64,000 nucleotides of DNA from Eledone cirrhosa. Its lineage: Eukaryota. The notes under the pieces were generated by a model. That model was not told the origin of the DNA. It saw only the letters and a program-made list of their open reading frames with translations, and did no database searches. The number at the start of each line of letters is the position of its first letter. The stretch's first letter is position 1. Both the position numbers and the translations under genes were made by a program. Of the stretch, positions 24,401 to 38,645 are shown piece after piece. The stretch spans positions 9,486,001 through 9,550,000 of the forward strand of contig OZ024750.1 of NCBI GenBank assembly GCA_964016885.1, read 5' to 3'.

Positions 24401-25824
24401 ATATATATATATATGAAGGTGGACTAGCCTCCCTAGTGTTGGTGATCGACACAATAAAAGCTCTCAGTACATACAGTAAAGTAGTTGGAGATAGAAAGGA
24501 CATCCAGACATAGAAAGCTTACCAAACAAAGGGTTGGTAGGACCCTCAGTTGTGTCAAAGACATGACAACCTCCCCTGTGGACTCAGTAGAACGTGAGAC
24601 CATACATAAATGAGACAACAGATCCTGGGCTTGTCTGGGATATCAGTAGCCACTGCTTCAGTACTGACTTGGTCTATGTAGACCCATCCAACCCTTACTA
24701 GCAGGGAAAGCAGACATTAAAACGATGATGATGATGAAGACACTAGACTTCTCATGTTGCAATATTTTAAAGAATGTAAAATTTCAGGCTTCTGAATGTC
24801 TAATCAGAATTGGCAATTTGATAATAAGAACTGTGAGAGTTACAACTTCTAATATTGTATGATGTGTGTTTATGGGCCAATATTGTATAATTTCATGTAA
24901 TACAAAGAGATAAATGAGATGGTTTGGTATACTTTGATGTGGAATGGAATATGATAGGGTGTAATATAAAGTTTTATGGTGGAGAATGTCAAAATATGTT
25001 GCATTAGGATATGGTAAGTGAGAGGAAAATGGCCGCTACTCTAAATATGTGTGTATGTTGTATATAAATATATAGCCAAAATATAGATCCGTATATTTCT
25101 TCATTGTACTGTGTTGTTTGCTATGTTGTTTCTGTTTGCCTTTTGCATATATAAACATACATTTATTATGTACCTGTTCTCTTCTTATCCAAATTTTCCT
25201 AATGAAGGACTTCTGTCTGAAATGTGAAACCCTCCTTCATTTCTTCCAAGCGTGAACCTAATATAAAAGTATTTTTGCATCCCTGTATTTGTTTTGTTTC
25301 ATTTATCCACTCTATATATATAATCCTCAATTTAAAATATCCGTTTATGAAGTCAATATAAATCGAATGTTGTATCTATAGTAGATTATGTCTTCGATTT
25401 TGTGTTTCAAAGTTAAAGCATTACATAAGTAGACAGCAATAGAATCATATAGATTGATTTTTTTTCCAAAATATAGAATATCAAAATTATTAATTGTGGC
25501 ATGTTGAAATTCTTGAAACTTTAATAACTGTCAGAATGAATGATCATCAAAGTTGATCACTCTAACAGGTTAGTAGAGGTCAGCATTGTGAAGGGTCATG
25601 AGTCATGAAAGTTCTTTCACTGTAATAAAATATTGATGTGTTCAACAAAGAGTTGGCAAACTTTTTAGACGTTAGTTGGATTGCGAATGCTTTTATATCT
25701 TGTAGATCAATGTAAATAACAAATTTAACTTTGATCATACAAGGATATGGAATTGGCTTTCTTGTGGTGAATTGGCTGAGTCTTTGGAACATCGGAGGTA
25801 TTTGTTTCAGTTCTCTGAGTTTAA

Positions 25825-26045
25825 CCTTTTCGTATTTAAACCAGCCATAACCGGCCAGAATTCTATCCCCTCTTTCTGTTTAAAACAGTTGTAACCAGCT
25901 GCTCATACTGATGTTAAGGTATTGTTCTCAAAATAAATAACATCAAAATCTCATAGATTCGGTATTATGTGAGATAATTATGTAAAATAAAGCCTTTACC
26001 ACAAAAATACAATAGTATATAGAGAGTAATGTAAATGCTAAAAGA
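25825..26045. mobile_element. piggyBac-like MITE nested in a family B SINE B-box
   Basis: TTAA on both sides, degenerate CCCTTTAGCATTTA TIRs; the flanks rejoin as GAGTTTAAATCCTGCTGAGG. Confidence 0.75.
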
Positions 26046-26341
26046 TTAAATCCTGCTGAGGTCAACTTTGCCTTTCATCTATTCCAGGTCGATAAAAAAA
26101 AGTACCAGTCTAATACTGGGCTCTGATTCTTCTTCTGTGTCTCTTCTTCAGTTCTATTCTTTCACTTTGTCCTTCTCTGGAAGAAATCTGCTATATTCAG
26201 ACCTGGAGAAGAAGGATGGGCTCCACCAAGTTTTAAAATGTCCTGAAAATGTTGTATGTCAATACGGTGGCACTCCTACAACTCACCCAGGAATTACGGG
26301 ACCATCCATCCATTTTATTATAAGTATTTAACACAACATAA

Positions 26342-26455
26342 TGCTGTTGCCATTGCTGCTGTTGTTGTTACTGCTGCTGCTGCTCCTACTGCTGTTGTTG
26401 TTACTGCTGCTGCTGCTGCTGTTGCTGTTGTTGTTTTAACTGTTGCTGTTCGTAC

Positions 26456-26489
<34 letters not shown>

Positions 26490-26584
26490 ACTACTGCTGC
26501 TGCTGCTACTTCTACTGTTGCTGCTACTGCTGTTGTTGTTGCTGCTGCTGTTACTACTGCTGCTGCTGCTACTTCTACTGTTGC

Positions 26585-26615
<31 letters not shown>

Positions 26616-26757
26616 ACTACTGCTGCTGCTGTTACTACTGCTGCTGCTGCTACTTCTACTGTTGCTGCTACTGCTGTTGTTGTTCCTGCTGCTGTTACTA
26701 CTGCTGCTGCTGCTACTTCTACTGTTACTGCTACTGTTGCTGCTGCTGCTGTTGTTG
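26342..26757. repeat. (CTG/TTG/CTA)n trinucleotide repeat
   Basis: Source of the poly-Ala/Val/Thr and poly-Leu ORFs. Confidence 0.95.
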
Positions 26758-27789
26758 GATATCCCCCCCCCCCACCTCCTTACCTAAGTTCAATACCTGG
26801 AGACATGCCAATACCTCGACTGTGTTATTCTACAAGAATTCCTAATCAAAGTGTCATGTTTCTCTGACAATTCCAAATGGTGAAAAACTTTAACTGATTT
26901 TTGGATGACATCCATCTGGAAGGTTGTTTGGAGGAGAGGAGGGCAGGGATGGAGAGGGGTAGCTGACGATAAAGATGAAGGTAAAAAGACAGAGAGGGGG
27001 AAGGGGGTATAGAGGGGATAGGGAGAGGGGGGCGAAGATAGAGGGAGAAGGGGAGGGGGCGAAGATAGAGGGATAAGGAGAGAGGGGGAGAAGGGGTGGG
27101 GTACAGGGAGAAGAAGATAGAAGGTGGAAGGTAGAGGGATGAGGAGAGATGGGGAGAAGGGGAGGGGGAAGATAGAGGGAGAGAGAAAGGAAAGAAAGAT
27201 TGAGGGAGATAGAAGGAAAGAAAGATTGAGGGAGATAGAAGGAAAGAAAGATTGAGGGAGATAGAAGGAAAGAGAGATAGTGTGAGAGAGAGATAGAAGG
27301 AGTATGATGGAGGTAAAGAGTGAAGGTTTAGATGATGACCCTCCCCACCACCACCACCACTACCCCCACCCTCATTCTGGTGATGTTAGTTTGTATTGCT
27401 TCTATTAATGGAAATATTGGCATCAATAGAGTCATGTGTATTGCTGGACTGTATGTGACATTGGTGGTGATGGTGATGATGATGGTGGTGGTTATGATGG
27501 TGGGGGAGGGGGTAATGGTGGTGGGAGCGATGGTAGTGGTGGTGATGGTGGCTAGGTGACTGTAATTATAGTAATTATAATTTTATTGAAAGCAACAGTC
27601 TAGCAAAATTGGTGAAATGACAACAAATAAAGTCAGTTATTCAACTGTGTCGCTTCACACTCTAACTTCCCATCCTTGATGTATATGTCTCTCATTGACA
27701 CAACAGTTGATTGTCTTCTCCTCCTCCTCCTCCTCCTCCTTCACCCACTTCTCCTCCTCCTACTCCTTTCTCTGCTCCCATTTCCAGAA

Positions 27790-28030
27790 TAAGTCATGAA
27801 GGCACATTCCTCAGACACTCCTTCCAGAGGGGTCTATCAAAAGCAACTGTCTCCAATTGATTTGCCAGGATCTCCAAGCAGAACCAATCAAGCTTCAAGA
27901 TATTCTCCATCCATGCTGCTTGTGGTCTACCCCTGTGTCTTCTGGCAGTTGGCTTTGTCCATAAAATCTGTCCAGTGATTCTTTCCTTAGGCATTCTAAA
28001 CCACATCATCTGTAGTATCAGAGCTGCCAT
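27790..28030 (-). mobile_element. Old RTE/BovB-like LINE 3' ORF fragment
   Basis: RMPKERITGQILWTKPTARRHRGRPQAAW...AFDRPLW. Confidence 0.75.
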
Positions 28031-28414
28031 TTCTGAATTCGAAGAAGTAGCAAAGTAGCAGCTCTACCTGGAGCGACTCCTTTTTCTCAGAGCTATCCAC
28101 CTTGTCAAGTAAAGTTACTTTCATAAATACATATTAAAAAATAGAATATTTCTGTTGCAGAAATTTTATTACCAATAACAATTGAAACAGCCAGAGGCTC
28201 TATAGTTGACTTGAATTAAAACCTTTCAGGCCAAACTTAGAAATATCAACACTAAAAGGATTTTCCATAAATATATTAAGAAAATTTCAGATTTTAGGGT
28301 CCTTTCAGACTTTACTACCAGTTTTTTTTTCTTTTGTTTTTGTTTTACTGTTTAATTTTTCTTAGAAATAATGGTTCCATTTATTGGCCTCAAGGGCCAA
28401 CATTTTTCTTAGAA

Positions 28415-28598
28415 ATAATTGTTTCTACTTTAGGCACAAGGCCAGCAATTACTCAGTTCATTACTGGTACTTTATTTTATCGACCCCGTAAGGATGAAAG
28501 GCAAAGTCAACCTCGGCGGGATTTGAACTCAGATCGTAAAGGGACGTAACTATGCTGGAAAGCATGACGTCCGACCCTCTACCGATACTGCCAATCCA
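28415..28598 (-). mobile_element. SINE family B inserted in a ~50-bp tandem repeat
   Basis: Family B motifs; flanks repeat TTTTCTTAGAAATAATGGTTCCATTTATTGGC. Confidence 0.85.
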
Positions 28599-28832
28599 CT
28601 TTTCTTAGTAATATTGGTTCCATTTATTGGCACCAAGAGCCAACATTTTTCTTAGAAATAATGGTTCCATTTATTGGCCACGAGGGCCGGCATTTTTCCT
28701 GGAAATAATAAATATTGAATTTACTTTTCTATTTCCCTTTTATCATTTTTGTTCTTTTTATTATGATTCCATTGGAGTTGGGCTTTCACGATTTTAGTAC
28801 ACTAAAATAAAATTTAAGTATATACCGTAGGC

Positions 28833-28834
<2 letters not shown>

Positions 28835-28887
<53 letters not shown>

Positions 28888-29495
28888 ATGTATGCATGTG
28901 TGTATGCATGTGTGTGTGTATGTGTGTATGTATGTATGTGGGTGTGTGTGTCTGTGTGTATGTACGTATGTGTGTGTGTTTGTTTGTATGTATCTGTGTG
29001 TGCATGTTGTGTGTGTGTCTTTGTGAGTGTTGTGTGTTTATGTGTGTTCATGTGTGTGCATATGTATGTATATGTGAAAGTTATATGTTTGTATATATGT
29101 GTGTTGTGTGTATGTATGTATGTGTACAGGTTGTATGTTTGTATATATATAGATATGTGTGTGTGTGTGTGTGTGTGCATGCTGTGTGTGTCTTTGTGTG
29201 TGTCATGTGCGTATGTATGTGTGTGCATGTTGTGTGTGTCTTGCTGTATGTGTCTATGTGTGTGTATGTATGTATACAGTATGTGCAAGTTGTATGTTTG
29301 TATATATGAGTGTGTGTGCATGCTGTGTGTGTATGTATGTATATGTGCAAGTTGTATGTTTGTATATATGTATGTGTGTGCATGCTGTGTGTGCATGGTG
29401 TGTGTCTCTTGTATGTATGTGTGTGCATGTTGTGTGTGTCTTGTATGTATGTATGTGCATGTTGTGTGTGTCTCTATGTGTAATCTGTGTGTGTA
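28835..29495. repeat. (TG)n / (TATG)n degenerate microsatellite
   Basis: Direct inspection. Confidence 0.95.
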
Positions 29496-29650
29496 AATGT
29501 TATATACGTATGTAGTGGTTTACTGAAATGCAAGTAAAATTTTATAAAGTAAAGAATCTTGTTAACTCAGTAAGGAATAAGATATAGAAAGTGTTTGAAA
29601 TAATAAATTTGTGGAGAATTACCAAGATTCTCATTCTTAGTGCTTTATCT

Positions 29651-29677
29651 CCCAGGCAACGATGGGTATTCTTCTAG
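29651..29677 (+). mobile_element. Helitron 3'-end remnant
   Basis: CCCAGGCAACGATGGG hairpin-like motif followed by CTAG|T, resembling 43752-43780. Confidence 0.5.
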
Positions 29678-29699
29678 TGCAGAAATAAAGAAGAAAACT

Positions 29700-29985
29700 A
29701 TTGAAGTAGATCTAAATACTGAACTCAATTGAATTTCTTGATGAAATTAAACAGCTTTGAAATAATAAAGCCTCTTGATACGTAAGACATCCAAGCCAAC
29801 ATTTATAAAACAGGCAGTCTTGTATTGATTGACAAGCTCATTAAATTGTTTAATCTTATATAGCCTAAGGAAATATTCCCTCAAGAACTGAAAGATGTGT
29901 CTATCAGCTTTACAGCCATGAAGGCAATAGACAGTCCAGTCATGTGACATATCACTATAGTAGTTAACATTTGTTGGCTCATTTC
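29700..29985 (+). mobile_element. Degraded RTE/BovB-like RT N-terminal fragment
   Basis: Translates to IYKTGSLVLIDKLIKLFNLI*PKEIFPQELKDVSI. Confidence 0.7.
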
Positions 29986-30552
29986 TAAGACTATATTCTC
30001 TCTAGGAATTGTAGAGATACAAATTCTTCTTCTTTATCTTCTTTTGCCTTCTTCTTCGTCTTCTTCTTCATGATACATTGGGTCCAATTCCTGGACTGGG
30101 TTGTGTGTTGTGTTCTCAAGCAAAATACTTCATTTCATGTTGCTCCAGTATACTCAGCTGAAAATGAGTACCAGCAATAACTGGGGGTTTAACCCTGTGA
30201 TGGACTGGCGTCCTGTCCGGGGGGGGGGGGGGGGGTATTTGTACTCTCTGTCGGTTGGATCATGAAGACCATGACAGACTTTTGACTTTTTTTTAGAAAT
30301 AAAGATAGAATAAAGAAGGATGGGATGTCTTCTTCTTCTAGAGTCATCCAATGCCTTGAGGCAGTAATGAGGTGTTGACAAAGTTTGAGAGCTCCAGAGT
30401 CCTTGGTTGACCATTGCAGTAAACAAATAGATCCATTCCTTTAAGGCCTATGTCCAATTCAATGATTGATTTCAAGGTGACATACAGTCAGCAGTGGTAA
30501 TATTTCATTGCTAATGTCTTACCAACATCAATAATACCAACAATATGTTCAA

Positions 30553-30742
30553 TAATAATTGTTTCTACTTTTGGCACAAGGCCAGCAATTACCCCCAGTG
30601 TATTACTGGTGGTTTATTTTATCGACTCCGTAAGGATGAAAGGCAAAGTTAACTTCGGTGGGATTTGAACTCAGACCATAAAGGGCCATAACTCTTTGCT
30701 GCAAAGCATGGCATCAGACCCTCTATTGATACTGCCAATCCA
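30553..30742 (-). mobile_element. SINE family B
   Basis: Family B motifs. Confidence 0.85.
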
Positions 30743-30998
30743 TACGGTTCCTCAGGATACTGGCACTTTCTTGTGCTTTGTCTTTCGATTTGTATTTCTT
30801 TTCTTAGAAGCTACACTGGAACAACTCTGTAATTTCTGGATCTTCTGCCAGGGTAAATGTCTCATAAGATCTAAACTTTTTAATAATGAAATAAATATCC
30901 AAGTTCTCAGATCACAAAGAAGAAGAAAGGTAAATGATGTCAGCACATTTTAACCAGATACATTCTGAATACTGGATTCAAATTAATAGCACTTCTGT

Positions 30999-31076
<78 letters not shown>

Positions 31077-31266
31077 CTGCCATCATTGGATTTATGTCAT
31101 CTTAATTTAGAGTATTCTTTATAGGAACTCATCAACTGAAGATTACACATATACAAAGATGCATGCAGAGAGAGAGAGAGACAAACAAATATACAGACAC
31201 AGAGAAACACAGATACACACACACACACACACAGATACACAGACAGAGAGAGAGAGAGACAAACAA

Positions 31267-31317
<51 letters not shown>

Positions 31318-32259
31318 CACACGGATACACACAAACAGAGAGAGTGAGAGACAAACAAATATACAGACAAGGAGAAACACTGACACATTTTTTTCCCTAG
31401 AGTCAAACTGCAATCAGGAACAGACATTATCTGTTATTTATGTCTCAATCTTGTCGTTATATATTTATTTATTTGTCTATTTATTTATTAATTTTTATAG
31501 TTTAATATATTGTAGTGTCTTTAGTACTTTAAATGTTATAAAATCTATAGCAAAACTCCACTTAACAATTTTCTGCCATCAAAGGTCATTCACTTATGGA
31601 AATTTGAACAGCTTGTGTAGACCATGATAAAAATAAAATGTTTCGTTTGGTAAGTTTCCTTATTCTGTTATCTGTAAAGAATCAAACCAAACTGATTTAT
31701 CAATTTTCACCTTTGGCTTTCTATTTTCTTGCAACGTCGTCATTGTTGTAAGATTATTGGCAGAATAACAATGGAGAATTTTACCTTCTTCTCTCCCTGT
31801 CCCTCACCCCCTCCAAACCAGCATTACAAAACCTTTACCTCAAATATACAATCACACACCTAGAAATACTATTACGCTATGATGAATGTTTGTTGGTAAC
31901 AGCTGCGTCAGATGTGTGTTGTAAGAGGAGGGGGGAGGGAGGGAGGAGGAGGAGGAAAGCATAAAAACCTTTGAATCAGAAGTGAAAGTTCTGGAATTGA
32001 AATAGCTATGACTATCTTCTTGGATAAGTGTCTGTCTTGTTCAAAGAATGATTTTAAAGAAATGTTGCTAGATATGCGGTGAGTGTACTGAAAAGACTAG
32101 TTTCCTATTCATGGTTGAATGATTGTAACTAGGAAAGGTATCCAACTGTAAAACAATTACCCCAATTATTTATAGTAATATTGGAATTTGTTGAACTATA
32201 AATCTCAAATTCTTTATTTACCATGTAATCTTTCCAGATTGTCTAAGTCTATAGTCTAT

Positions 32260-32650
32260 CTCGAGCTTTGGGGCTCATCAGGCAAGTACTTATCCTGGTT
32301 TCCATAGCATGAAGTGACTGAGAGTACAAGACTTCCCCCTGGAGAGGACGCCAGTCCATCACAGGGTTAAAGTCTGTCTCAAGCCCGGAGGCTCGTCAGG
32401 CCGATGCTAATTCCAGTTTCCATAGTGTGAAGTGACTGAGAGTACAAGACTTCCCCCTGGAGAGGATGCCAGTCCATCACAGGGTTAAACCCCCAGCTAT
32501 TACTGGTACTCATTTTCAGCTGAGTATACTGGAACAACATGAAATGAAGTGTTTTGCTTAAGAACACAACACACAACCTAGTCCAGGAAACGAACCCATG
32601 ACATTGTGATCATAAGTCCAACACCCTTACCACTAGGCCACACACCTCCA
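32260..32650 (-). mobile_element. tRNA-SINE (family A-like head, different tail) with duplicated tail; related copy ~30075-30245(+)
   Basis: Head TGGCCTAGTGGTAAGGG...GGTTCGTTTCC; tail segment repeated at ~32298-32370 and ~32416-32490. Confidence 0.75.
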
Positions 32651-33727
32651 CCTATCTTTATTTAAATTACAATATATCCAAAAGTAAATTATCCAGTATA
32701 CATATATGTCCTTCCTTTTTTAATATGGCAGGATGTGATTTCAAAGAGATCTGGTGGCTATTTTTAACTAGTATAGTGACCATATAGAGCCCTTTCATTC
32801 TATTTTGGATGATTTCAATGATATATGTAACAAGATAAGAGTTCAGACAAGAGGAAATTATTCAACTAGTATACAATAGCTGACAAATCTCTTTTAACAA
32901 ACCCCCTTCTTTCTTTCAGATTTAGAAGCATATACTTTAAATCATAAATCTATGGACAGCATTTCTTGCTATAAAGATATGATGGTTATTCCTTGTAAAA
33001 CTGATTGAATATGTCTTTTGATGATCTGCTTCAGTGTTAAAAGTCTTCTCAAATAGCACATACTGGTACTATCCAATAACTACAGCTAATACATCATATT
33101 TGAGATTATGGATTTTACTGATAGATACAATACCCTCTTTTGCTGTAATATTTTTATATTGAAAAACTGCCGTGGAAATGTATATCTTGGTTTTAAAACT
33201 ATTTCAGCTTTATTTTCACCTGAATGAAACCAGTTCAGTGACCTGTCAGTTTATATTCTGCTCTCTATATAATACAACATATCATACACTAAACTATATC
33301 CTGAACTCACTTGTAGGAAAGGGGAAGAAAAAAAAAAAACAAGAAAACAAAACAAAGCAAAAACAACAAATTTGATTCTTCTAGTTTCTACTTCATCAAT
33401 CAAAACATTTTACAAATCTTTTCAAAACAACATACTTTACATCACTATAGTCTCCATGGCAAAATCAATGGATCTCCGTCACTTTTAATGATGAACATAC
33501 AGTTGTTTTATCAACTGTACTACTCTTGGGTCCCAAAAATAGGGGGGGGGGGGTCGGGGTGGAATAAGCAGTGGGGGAGTTAAAGCAACAATGGCCACCA
33601 TAAATGAAAATTATTTACTTTATTCAATGTTAAATTTATCATGTAAAGATTATAACTGTTCTTTGATATTTTGTTGGAGTTTTGTGATCAAATAACCCCC
33701 CCCACACACACACACACACACAAAAAC

Positions 33728-33762
<35 letters not shown>

Positions 33763-33958
33763 ATGATGATGATGATGATGATATATATATATATACATAC
33801 ATACACATCTATAACTCTGGAATACAACCCACTCAAGGCAGGCTTCGTGACAGCATTGAGTGCTTCAAAAGGTGTTCCCCCTATAACTGTAGTTACACAC
33901 CTATATATATATATATATATATATATGTCCCAGAGCTGGCATATCTAAGAACTGACTA

Positions 33959-34014
33959 ACTGCCTGACGAGGTCATAGCCATTCAATGGCTATCATCAAA
34001 ATATATACAGCAGT
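33959..34014 (+). ncRNA. Mutated hammerhead, family H4 (element ~33927-34060)
   Basis: ACTGC-CTGACGA-GGTCATAGCCA-ttcaa-TGGCTATCATC-AAAA-TATATACA-GCAGT; G12 and U16.1 are changed, so it is probably inactive. Confidence 0.7.
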
Positions 34015-34078
34015 AAATAAAGGATTATGAGTTCATGCAATTGACTTATGTTTCATCACTATATATATATACATATAC

Positions 34079-34134
<56 letters not shown>

Positions 34135-34135
34135 G

Positions 34136-34194
<59 letters not shown>

Positions 34195-34285
34195 AGTATG
34201 TATATAAAAATGAAATGAAAGCATCTAATACTCATTATCATCGCAATTACTACTACTACTACTACTTTTAATACAAATAGTAGTC

Positions 34286-34352
<67 letters not shown>

Positions 34353-34656
34353 ATGGAAGAAGAGGAGTAATTTTCTTCATTTGGTTTTTATTTAATTAAG
34401 AAACAATTTGTAGTTGATATCTAGAGTTTACTATCACAGATAAGAGGTAGTTAATGTTGTTGCTGTCGCTGTTGTTGTTATCATTATTGTTTCTGTTGTT
34501 GTCGCTGTTGATGTTTTTGGTATTTTTGTAATTGTTGTTGCTATTGTTGTTGTTTTCATTTTGAAACACTTTTTTCTTCTTTTCATCATTTTCTAACACC
34601 ATAATTGCTTTAAAATGAATTCACACACATGTGTGCATATGTGTGCGTGGTGTGTC

Positions 34657-34693
<37 letters not shown>

Positions 34694-35141
34694 TCCCCTC
34701 CCTAATTCTTTATTCAATGTGAATCTGATAATGGACAGAAGAGTTGTCAAACTAACAAATAGAATTATGATGTTGACATATATATCAGAATATATAACAA
34801 CACCAACAACAACAACAACAACAAGCAATAGAAAAAAGAGGAGGGGGTGCAAGAGAAGAAAGAGTAAGAGGGAAAGAAGAAGATAAATAAATAACTAAAT
34901 AAGGACCCAAAGAAGAAAATATGATGAAGGTGATGTGGAGAAGGTTGAAGTAAATAAAATAGAAAATGTAAGTATTGATCATGTCAGTCAAAATTTTTAT
35001 CAATTTAACAGGAAAATGAAAATGAAATAATTATTTAGATTAAAGAAAATAAAAATATGTTAGACGTTTTCATTTGTTTTTTCATGATATCATGTTGTAG
35101 CATAATGGGAAGTGTCTGGTTATAATTGATTGAGTATTGTC

Positions 35142-35819
35142 CAAATATTTGAGACAGCAAAACTGCTAGGTTCAAGTCTTGTTTAAAATATTTGAGACAG
35201 CAAAGCTGCTCGGTTCAAGTCTTGTTTCAAATATTTGAGACAGCAAAAACTGCTAGGTTCAAGTTTTGTTTCAAATATTTGAGACAGCAAAGCTGCTAGG
35301 TTCAAGTCTTGTTTCAAATATTTGAGACAGCAAAGCTGCTAGGTTCAAGTCTTGTTTCAAATATTTGAGAGAGCAAAGATGCTAGGTTCAAGTCTTGTTT
35401 CAAATATTTGAGACAGCAAAGCTGCTAGGTTCAAGTCTTGTTTGAAATATTTGAGACAGCAAAGTTGCTAGGTTCAAGTCTTGTTTCAAATATTTGAGAC
35501 AGCAAAGCTGCTAGGTTCAAGTCTTGTTTCAAATATTTGAGACAGCAAAGATGCTAGGTTCAAGTCTTGTTTCAAATATTTGAGACAGCAAAGATGCTAG
35601 GTTCAAGTCTTGTTTCAAATATTTCAGACAGCAAAGATGCTAGGTTCAAGTCTTGTTTCAAATATTTGAGACAGCAAAGATGCTAGGTTCAAGTCTTGTT
35701 TCAAATATTTCAGACAGCAAAGATGCTAGGTTCAAGTCTTGTTTCAAATATTTGAGACAGCAAAGTTGCTAGGTTCAAGTCTTGTTTCAAATATTTGAGA
35801 CAGCAAAGATGCTAGGTTG
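35142..35819. repeat. 43-bp minisatellite, ~16 copies
   Basis: Unit CAAATATTTGAGACAGCAAAGCTGCTAGGTTCAAGTCTTGTTT. Confidence 0.95.
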
Positions 35820-37234
35820 AAGCTAATGGAGATTTTTTTTAAATTTTGTTTTTTGTTATTTAAAACATAATCCTCCTCCTCCTTATAATCATCATCTGCT
35901 GCTGCTACCCACTGTTTCAACTGAATGGACTGAAATGCCCTGCTCAAAGACATAACATACCATCCATTCTGGGAACCAAACCCATGACCTTACAATCATT
36001 ACCCCCCTACTATAACCACTAAAGCATGTGCTTTCATAGTTTAACTAAGATCACATCCTAATAATTTTCAGATTGGTAGAGTGGGCATGAATATAACAGC
36101 ACTGAAATGGTTTAAACACACTTTAATATTTCTTGCATATCAAAATAGTTTTCGAAATTTTAAAACAAATACTTTTTTTACTATATTTTTCTCTCTTTAC
36201 ATGTGATATTCACATGTTTTATTCTAATGTTTTTCATATATTTTAGAGATTTTTTTCTTTTAAATAATACTAACTTATTGTGAGGGTTTTTTCTCTCTCT
36301 TTTCATATTGCTTTTATATTCCATTTTTAATTCCGTTAATTTATTTTTTATCCATGTTGAACAGGAAATAAAATTCTGTCTTTATCTTCTGCCGAAAACA
36401 ATTTTTTAGTTTTGTTCTCTTGTTATGGATTGGACACAACAGAACTGAAAAATTCATATAAAAGGAAGACAGAAGGAAATTAGAAGGAAGTGAATTGAAG
36501 CATATGTCTTTTGAAAGAATTGTCACATTACAAGAGAAAAAAAACATCCTAGTCTTCTATCTTCAAAAAATATTATTAATTGATGCAAGTGTCAGTCTCC
36601 AGCCAATGGAATTGTAGTTTTGGCAAATATTTATTTATATTTAGCTATTCATCCATTATTTCTTACTTTTTGTACAGCTTTATTCTAATGGTTTCTTCAG
36701 ATGTTTGGCGACCTTTCATTCAAAGTGTGCTCTTCAAAAACTGCTAAAAGAGACAGTTTTGTCTCTATCAATTTACTATTCTTGACTGTATTCTGAAGAA
36801 TGTCTGAAATAATTGGCAAGCATAAAAGGAGGTTTTTTGATAATATCACCAGGAAGATGACATAAATAAATCCAAAGACACAGTCTTCAAAAGAAAATTA
36901 AAAAACTATGTTAATAGATAATATTTTTCTAAAATATATGGGTCACAAATTTCTAAAGGGTGAAATAGATGATTGAATTAACCCACAGTTTACTTATTGA
37001 ATTAACCCACAGTTTAACCACAGTTTACATTTATATTAGGGCAATGGGCTGGCTTGTTTAATCTTGTGTTCTGAAAATACTTGTTTACGATGTCTTAGCT
37101 CCTTCTTTATACTTAGTTCAAGGACATTAAACAAACAACTACAGAAACTAGATTCTGTTCAGTCACTTGGTAATTTTATTGGCATTGTTGTTTGGCTCAT
37201 TACAGGACAGAAATATCCCTACTATGATAATGTA

Positions 37235-37285
<51 letters not shown>

Positions 37286-37380
37286 CATGACGATGTATGA
37301 TATATAAACATACATACATATATATATGTCATTTTTGGAAGCCACTACAATGCCGAGGGATCCCTACTATGATAATATGG

Positions 37381-37417
<37 letters not shown>

Positions 37418-38040
37418 ACTATGATAATATAGAGATCTCTAAAAAGAACTTTTTTTAAAAGAGAAAAACAAAATAATCTTCTTTTTTTTTTTGATAATTC
37501 ATAAAAAAAGTAAAGTAGTTATATTCCAATAAAATCCATTAAAATATGTTCTTTAGATGTGTTATTGATATTAAAAATTCACTCAGACTAATCTTGTTCA
37601 TATAATTCATAAAAAAAATTATTATCATTTTTGAATTAACTATTCAAAACATAAGAACAAGTTGCTGTTTTGAAAATTAAATTAATTTTGCATTTATTCA
37701 TTCATCCGTTTACCATTCTTGCATGGGTGGCTGGCATTTGTTACAACAAATGTTTTAGAAGCTTACGGTCCTTCTTAACATGTAACCTGACAACCATGAA
37801 GTAAAGATTGGAAGCTATTTTAGGTCAGTCATCCATACTGTAAGCAGGCAGAGCTAGGTACCCTGTTAAGGAATATTAAATAATTGTCATTATTCTTTTA
37901 TAGTCATGTTGTGGTTCGACATTTAAGGTTCTTTTTTTTTTTGTGCATCACCCTTTTTTGCCAGGAGTTCACACCATTAAAAAGCATGTTAAACTACACT
38001 GGACTTGTCTAAAATAAGATGACAAATATCAATTTAGCTA

Positions 38041-38191
38041 CCGCATTTCCCGGCGTCAAAGACGCTACTTTTTTCCTAAAATAAGTCTCAAAAATCTACC
38101 ATGTGTCCCGGAGGCCGAAGGTTGTTTATTATTTTTTTTTTAATTTTTGGTTGTCAAAATTAGGGTACATCCTCGAGGACAGGAAATACAG
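38041..38191. mobile_element. pogo/Tigger-like MITE
   Basis: TA|CCGCATTTCC ... GGAAATACAG|TA imperfect TIRs. Confidence 0.55.
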
Positions 38192-38274
38192 TATACATCA
38201 TAATTATGATATTGGAAGCTTTGTGAATTAGCAAGATTACACAAGTAAACAAGAGAAATAAACCCAATTCAGAA

Positions 38275-38645
38275 AGGCCGTGACCTCTGGCATCACACAG
38301 TAATACAGAAGACCCGACTTCCCACAGGTACAAGCCAAAGCTGAAGCATATAGACAATATGCCCCTACCCTCTCCCACTGCAAAGTGGTCGTGGAGGTGC
38401 CATAGCAAAAAAGCACCCAGTCCACGCTGTAAAGTGGACGTGTAGGCGCCACGGAAAAAAAGCACCCAGCACTCACTGTAAATGAGGTTGGTGTTAGGAA
38501 GGGCATCCAGCTGTAGAAATGAAGCGAGAATCAGTTCCTGTATGAGCAAGACAAGGTCACCTACCTGACATTGCCCACAACAGGACAACCCGTCTAACCC
38601 ATGCTAGCATGGAAGAACGGACGTAAAACGGTGATGATGATGATA
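38275..38645 (+). mobile_element. RTE 3' end plus UTR; another RTE 3' fragment follows (~38660-38790)
   Basis: Diverged homologue of 23326-23689. Confidence 0.85.

Noticed and set aside
26256-26867. Ala/Val/Thr-rich ORF resembling an antifreeze or mucin protein
   Set aside because: CTG/TTG/CTA microsatellite; another frame gives poly-Leu.
32255-32285. CTGATGAGC...GCTCGAGA on the minus strand
   Set aside because: Part of the SINE tail (repeated at ~32394); no GAAA or helix III.
36793-36815. CTGAAGA-ATGTCT-GAAA hammerhead-like boxes
   Set aside because: No stem I pairing, no real helix II and no UH site; a chance match.
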